Assembly: GCA_054661495.1 (NCBI GenBank)
Contig: BAAFSQ010000364.1
Coordinates: 1 to 8,858 of the forward strand
DNA from: Zygophlyctis sp. KS116
Taxonomy: Eukaryota; Fungi; Chytridiomycota
Length of the DNA: 8,858 nt
Reading direction: 5' to 3'
The position numbers and the translations under genes are program-made. A model generated the notes under the pieces. It saw nothing but the letters and a program-made list of their open reading frames with translations. It searched no databases and was not told the origin of the DNA. Every line of letters starts with the position of its first letter. The stretch's first letter is position 1. Below, one piece after another: positions 1 through 7,201 of the stretch.

Positions 1-66
1 AATGGCTATTATTAGAATGGCTATTTTTAGAATGGCTATTATTAGAATGGCTATTTTTAGAATGGC
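1..66. repeat. Tandem repeat with a 15-bp unit alternating AATGGCTATTATTAG / AATGGCTATTTTTAG (30-bp higher-order unit), probably truncated by the window start
   Basis: Units at 1-15, 16-30, 31-45 and 46-60, plus a partial AATGGC at 61-66. The two variants differ at one base and alternate strictly. There are no spacers. Confidence 0.95.
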
Positions 67-68
67 GG

Positions 69-75
69 TATAAAA
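69..75 (+). promoter_or_regulatory. Putative TATA box (TATAAAA) for the small secreted peptide gene
   Basis: TATAAAA lies just after the repeat and about 33 nt upstream of the ATG at 108, which has an A-rich context (AAAAAATG). The AT-rich background lowers specificity. Confidence 0.45.
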
Positions 76-107
76 GCAAATGTGGGTGCCGTTTTATTTT
101 TTAAAAA

Positions 108-323
108 ATGAAATCAATCTTGGTTGTTCTCAAAATCTTCTTGTTACAAGTTCTCATATCTTCAATCATGTTAAATGTGAATGCTGCTACTGATGATCAA
201 TGTAAAAAAAATTGCAATCGATTAAAAGATAAAGCAAAAAGGGGAACATGTTTGGGACATTGTGCAAAAGCGAACACACCATCGACACAATATGGCCAAC
301 CGAGACATAAACCTAAACATTGA
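108..323 (+). CDS. Small secreted cysteine-rich cationic peptide (71 aa) with an alpha-hairpinin-like CX3C-X11-CX3C motif
   Basis: Signal peptide-like N-terminus (MK, hydrophobic core, likely cleavage after VNA26). Cys at 32, 36, 48 and 52. The mature part has 11 K/R versus 3 D. A TATA-like element lies upstream and AATAAA lies at 368-373. Confidence 0.7.
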   Translation: MKSILVVLKIFLLQVLISSIMLNVNAATDDQCKKNCNRLKDKAKRGTCLGHCAKANTPSTQYGQPRHKPKH

Positions 324-367
324 TTAATGATAGTTATCCTTGGCAAACCTCTTTGTCAACTTCTTGA

Positions 368-373
368 AATAAA
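368..373 (+). terminator. Putative polyadenylation signal AATAAA of the peptide gene
   Basis: AATAAA about 45 nt after the stop at 323, followed by a GT/T-rich stretch (GTTTTGGTTATGTTTATGT). Confidence 0.4.
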
Positions 374-416
374 GCATGTTTTGGTTATGTTTATGTATAT
401 AGTCTTTTGAATAAGT

Positions 417-869
417 TTATAAATCCTTCCACATTAAATAATGATCTATTCCAACTTGTGTAAAAATTTCATCTTTAAAAGAATATCCAAGTTTAGTATA
501 AAAATCACGGGCAGTGATCCGTGCATGTACAATAATTCTCTTGATTCCCAATGATTTTGCAAACTCTTGAGAAAATTCAACGAGTTTTTTACCATATCCT
601 TTATTTTGTTGATCAGATCTGATTGCTACTTGTCGCATCTTTAATTCTTGAGGATCTGGACATTTTTCTAGTAATAAAGTTCCTAGTAGATTTTTAGAGT
701 CTTTAATGACTAGATAATAATTATTCATAATTTCAGAGTCTAGTTCAGTCTGATCAAAGTCAAGTCCTAATGGTTCTCTTAGAATCTTGAATCTTAGTCT
801 TATAATTTCCTTTATTGTATCATCAGGATCACTTTGAGGATCTATTTGAGAGCAAATTGGATTTTCCAT
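417..869 (-). CDS. GNAT family N-acetyltransferase (YjcF/ElaA-like), 150 aa, intronless
   Basis: Acetyl-CoA binding motif A (MRQVAIRSDQQNKGYGKKL), the HARITARDFYTKLGY motif, C-terminal F.QVGIDH.LM.K.L and N-terminal LR..ILR.PLGL.F. Confidence 0.9.
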   Translation of the reverse strand: MENPICSQIDPQSDPDDTIKEIIRLRFKILREPLGLDFDQTELDSEIMNNYYLVIKDSKNLLGTLLLEKCPDPQELKMRQVAIRSDQQNKGYGKKLVEFSQEFAKSLGIKRIIVHARITARDFYTKLGYSFKDEIFTQVGIDHYLMWKDL

Positions 870-914
870 TCTCCATTCCTAACCCATTTTTCTACTCCAT
901 CAGAGATTATAGTC

Positions 915-1661
915 TTAATCTTTTAAATATTTATAATCTTTTGTATAATGATACATCATCTGATTATAATTATATTCAAATTCATCTCTTTTAAGTAAAC
1001 TGGAAATTTCCTGTCTGAGTTTGATAAAGTCTGAAAAAGAATTCTGTCCGGATTGAGTTATCACTTGTTGAATCTTTTGAGCAAATTCAATTCTTTTAGT
1101 AATTGGAATAGAATCATTCATCCATTTTTCTAAATCATTTAAATTCTGCCGTGGAGTTTTACAAATCAAATCTTTAGAATTCAAGTCATGAAACTGTAAA
1201 ACTGCTCTATAGGCGAACCACGGTCCAAATTCTGGCGTAATTGAAAGTCCAGTGTCAGGAACATTGATTGCATATCCAATAGAATTTCCTAATTTCTGAA
1301 ACGCTATTCTCTTTTTACCATCCACTCTCTTGTTTTGATTTACACTTATAAAATCATCAAACACAAGGTAAATTGAAAAGTTTGAGGAATGACGGCGACT
1401 TATGTCAAGTATTTGTGATTTAGTCCAAGAGTCTAAAGGATCGCTAAGAGCCTTTAGACTATTGTTTAAATCTTTTATAAAATTAGACCATAATACTTTA
1501 GAATTTCCAATCAATAAAGATATATTTGCTTCTGGTAATTCATAGTCTGAAATATTTTCTCTTTTTAGATAATCATTATACACGTTGGAGGAGAATAATA
1601 CCTGTATATCAAATCCCTTGTTATAAAGAGAATTCTTTATAGATTGCAGAGTCTTGGTCAT
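915..1661 (-). CDS. MMACHC: MMACHC/CblC-like cobalamin-processing protein (cyanocobalamin reductase / alkylcobalamin dealkylase family), 248 aa, intronless
   Basis: Motifs occur in the family order: GFD...F....YN, LLIGNS..LW..F, DPLD, IAFQ, GLSITPEFGPWFAYRAVL (cf. human CIHPRFGGWFAIRGVV) and C-terminal Y...Q..YHY. The start is moved from the ORF-track TTG (1679) to the ATG at 1661 (MTKTLQ). Confidence 0.8.
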   Translation of the reverse strand: MTKTLQSIKNSLYNKGFDIQVLFSSNVYNDYLKRENISDYELPEANISLLIGNSKVLWSNFIKDLNNSLKALSDPLDSWTKSQILDISRRHSSNFSIYLVFDDFISVNQNKRVDGKKRIAFQKLGNSIGYAINVPDTGLSITPEFGPWFAYRAVLQFHDLNSKDLICKTPRQNLNDLEKWMNDSIPITKRIEFAQKIQQVITQSGQNSFSDFIKLRQEISSLLKRDEFEYNYNQMMYHYTKDYKYLKD

Positions 1662-1852
1662 TTCTACTGATAAGAACAAGAAATATTTGTGATTTTGACA
1701 CGAAAAATTTACAAAAAACGGACGATTCTACTAATTGTTTTATTTTGTGAATAAATTTAAGCTTCTCTTGTGTTTATATTTCACATAGAGGTGAGCAGAC
1801 TAATTTTTTACTTTTACTTTTATAAACATTATAATGTAGAACTAATACATGT

Positions 1853-1902
1853 CAATCTACAATCTACAATCAGTCAATCAGTCAATCTACAATCAGTCAA
1901 TC
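1853..1902. repeat. Imperfect short tandem array of seven CAATC cores (units CAATCTA and CAATCAGT) in the MMACHC/VDAC divergent intergenic region
   Basis: CAATC at 1853, 1860, 1867, 1875, 1883, 1890 and 1898. Confidence 0.85.
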
Positions 1903-1907
1903 TGATC

Positions 1908-1929
1908 AAACGCCAAACGCGAAACGCCA
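1908..1929. repeat. Three copies of AAACGC at a 7-bp period just upstream of the VDAC start
   Basis: AAACGC at 1908, 1915 and 1922 (aaacgcc aaacgcg aaacgcc). This is a CG-rich patch in an AT-rich region. Confidence 0.7.
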
Positions 1930-1953
1930 AGCACGCAAAAAACCATTAAAAAA

Positions 1954-2893
1954 ATGCTCGCCGTCCCATCTTATGCTGATATTGGTAAAGCTGCCAAAGA
2001 CTTGTTAGGAAAAGATTATCCTGTCGGCTCTTCTAAAATGGAATTTAATACTACGAGCGCTTCAGGAATTGTAAGGTTATTGTTTAGTAAATAGTAGAAA
2101 GTAACTGTTACTGGGGACAAGGATAATAAGACTGGAGCAGTTCTTGCTGATTTGAAATTTAAATTCTCTGACAAGGAAAGAGGTCTTGTTTTTACTCAAA
2201 CTTTAAAAACTTCAAATTCTCTCTCGGGGCAATTGGAAGTTGAGAATTCTATTTTAAAAGGATTAAAACTGGATGTCCAAGTTAATCTAGCTGATACAGG
2301 GTAAAATTTATAATAGTATTTTTAATTAAAAGTCTAAAAACTGTTAAAGCAGGTGCAGAATTAAAGAAAAAATGCATGATTATGAAATCTGTTTTAGATA
2401 TCTATAATGGACCAATGATTAGTGCTGATTTCTCTACAGGGTATGTTTAAATTTTTAAAATAATAGGAAAAATGGTCTTTTAGTAGGTACTGAAGCAGCT
2501 TATGATGTTCGTGGAGCTAAATTGACTAAATGGGGATATGTTGGTGGATATGTTGACTCTGATTATGCATTAACTGCAAGAGGAATTAATAATTGTGCAG
2601 GATTAGAAATTTCTTACTATCAAAAAGTTAATTCTGATACTGAAGTTGCTTTGAAATCTAGTAGTACTTTTAAAGCTTGTTTTGCTAATGCAACAATTGA
2701 AGTCGGAGCAAAATATACTCTTGACTCTAATGCTTTTGTTAAAGTGAAAACAAATTCTCAGGGGATTTTAGGATTGGGATATACTCAAAATCTAAGACCT
2801 GGACTTAAACTTTCAATTGGCGGTCTATTTGATACTGCTAGATTACAAGAAAACGTTCATAAAATGGGAGTTTCTCTTAATATCGAAGCTTAA
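1954..2893 (+). CDS. VDAC: Mitochondrial outer membrane porin (voltage-dependent anion channel), 284 aa, 4 exons
   Basis: Exons 1954-2070, 2098-2300, 2333-2440, 2467-2893 (855 nt, in frame). Introns 2071-2097 (27 nt), 2301-2332 (32) and 2441-2466 (26) are all GT-AG. N-terminus MLAVPSYADIGKAAKDLLGKDYP; C-terminal KVKTNSQGILGLGYTQNLRPGLKLSIGG...HKMGVSLNIEA. The length is typical of VDAC. Confidence 0.95.
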
Positions 2894-2907
2894 AAATTCA
2901 AATGTCA

Positions 2908-3499
2908 TCAACGAAGGATTGAATGCCTTATAAAATTAATAAATTGACTTACATTTGAAATTCTAAAGTTGAGAATGGGATTTCATCACTTGGCGGTGAG
3001 TATAATTTGATTCCTCGAACATGTGTATCTTTACCATTTTGATGATTTGAAAGAATATGAAATTCCATGTAAAATGTTTTTAATGGTATCCGCCTAAAAT
3101 ACTTGAAATATAAACTTACTGTGCATCATCAATCCATAAATCTAATTCCGTCCATCCTTTTGGTTCATTCATATCCAAAATTCCAACATTTTCCAAATCT
3201 AGAGCATTATTACCTGCCTTGATTGCAATTTTCTGAGGCGTGTAAGACTCATCAAGACTATAATCTAAATATACCGACACTTTCTAAAGTTAGCAAATCA
3301 GATTACTTGAATAGTCATTTTCCTAGTAAATTGTACCGATAATGAATGAGGTTGCGGACCATCCGATTGCCAGTAAACATCAGTGTCTGGAGATAACAAT
3401 GATTCAATACCATGTCCGGACTTGAATGACGATAGATTCCATTTTCCACTATAACAGTTATTTTATCAATTACAATTACCTTTTAGCAACGTCTCGCAT
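2908..3499 (-). CDS. APC10: Anaphase-promoting complex subunit 10 (APC10/DOC1), 161 aa, 5 exons
   Basis: Exons 3499-3480, 3448-3307, 3283-3120, 3093-2953, 2926-2908 (486 nt). Introns 3449-3479 (31 nt), 3284-3306 (23), 3094-3119 (26), 2927-2952 (26). The translation has WNLSSFKSGHGI, YWQSDGPQPH, YLDYSLDESYTPQKI, NHQNGKDTHVRGI and the C-terminal IR/LR tail (HSILR*). Confidence 0.93.
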
Positions 3500-3723
3500 G
3501 ATATCAATGTTTAAGTAGTCGGTTCGGACCTGTTAACTTAGGGTCAATGTCTGAAAGCAACATTGAGTAGTAAAATTCAAGTTTTTAATAAAATAAATGC
3601 AGATTCAGAATCCCCTTGTAACGAAGATTCTAGTCATGTAATTTTCAATATGCATCATCAGGATTCAACATAAATATTTGGATTTTAAACTCATTGGTCG
3701 GTCAACCCTAACGCTCAAGACAA

Positions 3724-6700
3724 ATGGATGAATCTCTCTATATTGCTACAGCGATCAATGGAGCATCGGTGATCAATAGTTTTTATGATGGCCTTTTAAT
3801 TCTAATCAACTCTTCAGCGGTTGAATTTTACAAGATTCATGATAACTCTATGATACTGGAATCTAGTGTTTTACTGAATGCAAAAGTTTCTTGTGCGACT
3901 TATTTGGATTCTAAATTGCTGATATTAACTGAAAAATGTCAATTGTTGATTTTTGATAAGGATCAGGCTGTTAATACTCTAGAATTAAGAGAGCCGTCAG
4001 GTCGGCCGGTTGATAATGGGCATTTTATAATATCAGATCCTAAAAATAATATTATTATATGCCATTTATATCAGGGATTATGTAAAGTAATTCCGTTGGA
4101 TTTTGCTTTGGGAGATCAGGTTTTAGAGTCTAGAAAAGGGAAAAGGAAAGTTGGTAATCACTCTCAAGGGACTTGGTTTAATGTCCGATTAAAGGAACTG
4201 TTAGTGGTTGATATGGTGTTTTTATCTAATTTACAAGAACCTTGTTTGGTGATTCTACATCAAGATAGTGTAGAAAATATGCATGTTATCAGTTATAATA
4301 TTGATTTTGAAAACAAATCTCTTGTTAAATCTGATATAATTCCAGAAACTAAAGTAGATCAAAGTACTACAAAGTTGATTCCATTGTTGGGGGATTTGTC
4401 TGGAAAAGTTTTGGCTATAGGGCAGAATGGATTTACTTTATTACCAAAAGAATCAGACAAGGAAATGGTGCATCAAAATGATCAGAATCGGATGATTTCT
4501 GCATGGGAATGGATGGATAATAACAGTCTAATTTTTGTAGATTATAACGGAAATTTGGAAGAGTTAAAGTTTGAGGATAATGATAAGAAAGCGTGGGGTC
4601 ATAAATCTATTGGAATTGTAATTTTGAAAGTTTTATTGATTTTAAAAAGGTTTCTCAGGCTACTTCGTTGACAAAAGTTTCTGAAAATTTGGTATTTGTT
4701 GGATCACATTACGCAGATTCACAATTGATAACTCGTCAAATTGATAAAAGTTCCACTACATTGGCGGTTGTTGATTCGATTACAAATTTGGCCCCCATTA
4801 TTGATTTTTGTTTGGTAGACCTTGATAAGAGAGGGCAATCTCAAGTAGTAGCGTGTTGTGGCGCTCATAAAGATGGAAGTTTGAGAATTATAAGAAATGG
4901 GATTGGGATTGAGGAAATTGGCGAGCTTGGTGACATGAATGGGATAAATGGACTTTTCACACTACGAAAGACTTTTGACTCAACGTTTGATTCAATAATG
5001 GCTATTTCTTTTGTAGCAGAAACTAGATTTCAAATTATGAATGAAGGAGTATTGGAAGAGTTGGAAAATACGCATGGACTGATTTCAGATGAGACTACGC
5101 TGCTCTGCGCAAATGTTTATCCCAATTCAATTGTTCAGGTAATCTACATACTTTTACATTTAAGATAACGCCTTCATCTGTGTACTTAATTAACCAAAAA
5201 ACATTAAATTGTGATTCTTCATGGTGTCCACCAAATAAAACAATGATCGTAACAGCGTCTGCAAATGAAAGACAGATAGTTCTTGGCATTTCTGGTGGGT
5301 CGATTGCATATCTTGAAATTGAAAATAACGCATTGTCGCCCATATCGTAAGTTATGAAATTTACTAAATCAAGGCTAAAAAGTCTAAAGAATGAAATCTC
5401 AACTATTAATATATCTCAATCAGGTGAAAATACAGCAAATTATTGTGCTATTGGGACGTGGACAGATGTTGGAGTGACAATTCTAAAACTTCCCAATTTG
5501 GAAGAAGTTGATTGTAAAAAAACACCGGGGGATGTCATACCTCGCTCGATTTTAATAGCTCATTTGTCAAACATGAAGTATTTATTTATTGGACTTGGCG
5601 ATGGTACATTAGTCATCTACCTGTTTGACGCAGAGACTGGGCGATTAACTGAATCAAAAGCGTATACTATTGGGACGCAACAAATTAGATTGATCCCATT
5701 CAGCTCAAATGAAATGGACTGCGTTCTAGCCTGCTCAGACCATCCCAGCGTAATTCACAGTGAAGGAGGGAAGCTACGATTTGCTAATGTTAATATAAAG
5801 GTAAGAAGACGATACTTATTTGTTAGGATTTGAATTACATTGTACCATTTAATACTGAATTCACGCCGCATGCGTTATCCTATGTTACTGACGAGACACT
5901 TAAAGTGGGGCTAATTGAACAGATTCAGAGAATTCATATCAAAACCATTCCTATAGGAGAAACCGTAAGGAAGATTGCACATCAAACTGAATCACATGTG
6001 TTCGGAATACTCACAGTTGAAATAGTTTCTTCGAGCGAAGAAAGATCATCTTTCAAGATACTGGATGAGCACTCTTATGAATGTATTATACTTTAGTATC
6101 ATCTAATTATAGTGCTGGATACATTTAAAATGGAACAACATGAGATGGTTCAAAGTTTAGTTACGATATCTGTTGATTGTGACAGTATAATGAGATCTTT
6201 TTTTATTGTTGGGACCGCATTTGTACTTCCAACTGAGGGAGAACCAAATCAAGGACGCGTATTGGTTTTTGAAGTTGATAAGTTTCGCAAAATAACACTT
6301 TGTTACGAAACCGAAACAAAAGGATGTGTATACGGCCTTTGCGTTTTCGAAGAAAATATGATCGTTGCGTCAATCAATTCAGGAGTAAGCTAATATAGTT
6401 TAAAATTTAAAGGTATTTTTGTATAAATGGGAAATTAAGGAAAATGAACAGATAGTCTTAGAATGCCTATGTTCTTATCATGGATATATAGTTGCAGTCA
6501 GCTTAGCAGTATGCGGAACGTTTATCATTGTAGGAGATTTGATGAAATCGGTATCAGTTCTTACCTATGACCGCACTGAAAACAAAATCAAGGAAGCTTA
6601 TCGGGACTATGCAACAAATTACATGACATGCGTAGATGCCATAGATGAAGATATATTCCTAGGATCAGATAATACATGTAATGTATTCACTTTGAAACGC

Positions 6701-7187
6701 AGCGATAATTCTTCCTGTGATAATCATCAATTAGAGGAATGTGGTCAATATCATTTAGGGGAAATGATTAATCAATTCAGACATGGTATATATTTAGTTT
6801 AATGCTTTAGGATCATTAGTTCTTCCGATCAGTGAGACTGATCGTATAATCGAACCCAAAATTATCTATGGCACACTAAATGGTTCGCTTGGTATAATTG
6901 CCAAGATTTCGAAATCTTTTACTAATCTTTTGGCGAAAATGGAAAAATCCATGATAAGTAACTTGAAACCTGTTGGTGGTCTTTGCCATAATAAGTGGCG
7001 AACATTTTTAAGTGAGCGAGGCCATTTTATTTTAGAAGATAGAAAATTTATAGACGGGGACCTAATTGAATCTTTTGTGGACTTAGATCTACCAATAAAG
7101 CAAGCTATTTATGAAGATCTAAAAGATGAAATAGACTCAGTAGATAGCCTAGGAAAACTAATTGAAGAAATATCTAGATCGCATTAA
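3724..7187 (+). CDS. DDB1: DNA damage-binding protein 1 (CUL4 E3 ligase adaptor), 1089 aa, 8 exons
   Basis: Exons 3724-4617, 4650-5138, 5165-5346, 5374-5800, 5827-6082, 6113-6384, 6413-6785, 6811-7187 (3270 nt). Introns are 32, 26, 27, 26, 30, 28 and 25 nt. Motifs include LYQGLCKVIPL, VFVGSHYADSQL, TNLAPIIDFCLVDLDKRGQSQVVACCGAHKDGSLRIIRNGIGI, GDLMKSVSVL, YHLGEMINQFRHGSLV, FIDGDLIESF and terminal IEEISRSH. Confidence 0.95.
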
Positions 7188-7201
7188 TAAAAACCGCTTT
7201 T

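Noticed and set aside
1-66. CRISPR array or coding repeat (MAIIR/MAIFR in frame 2-73)
   Set aside because: There are no unique spacers and the context is eukaryotic. The short reading frame follows automatically from a 15-bp unit and has no other support.
201-263. Small Tim (Tim8/9/10/13) chaperone assignment for the twin CX3C peptide
   Set aside because: The hydrophobic signal peptide and the absence of Tim consensus residues around the cysteines argue against it.
870-960. Spliced fusion of MMACHC and GNAT
   Set aside because: The only nearby GT donor upstream of the MMACHC stop would delete the C-terminal YHY motif. The candidate 17-nt GT-AG in the gap is below the observed intron size range and does not join the ATG at 900 in frame with the GNAT.
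1662-1679. TTG start of the MMACHC ORF, and other TTG/GTG starts in the ORF track (2522, 4668, 5830, 6112, 6419, 6930)
   Set aside because: These are artefacts of prokaryote-style ORF calling. They are internal exon positions, or an in-frame ATG (1661) is available.
3504-3563. 19-codon minus-strand ORF (MLLSDIDPKLTGPNRLLKH) just upstream of APC10 as an extra exon or uORF
   Set aside because: It stops before the APC10 ATG, has no usable acceptor to join it, and probably starts upstream of the TSS.
3605-3661. Possible C/D box snoRNA on the minus strand (TGATGA at 3660-3655, CTGA at 3608-3605)
   Set aside because: Box C lacks the leading purine, the span is short, there is no proper terminal stem, and I could not match a guide to rRNA or snRNA. 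A snoscan or Infernal run would settle it.
5095-5343. 82-aa minus-strand ORF
   Set aside because: It is the antisense shadow of DDB1 exons 2-3 and has no recognisable motif.
3724-7187. DDB1, VDAC and GCDH as frameshifted pseudogenes or multi-gene operons
   Set aside because: Every break is bridged by a 23-32 nt GT-AG intron that restores the frame and conserved sequence, giving full-length proteins.
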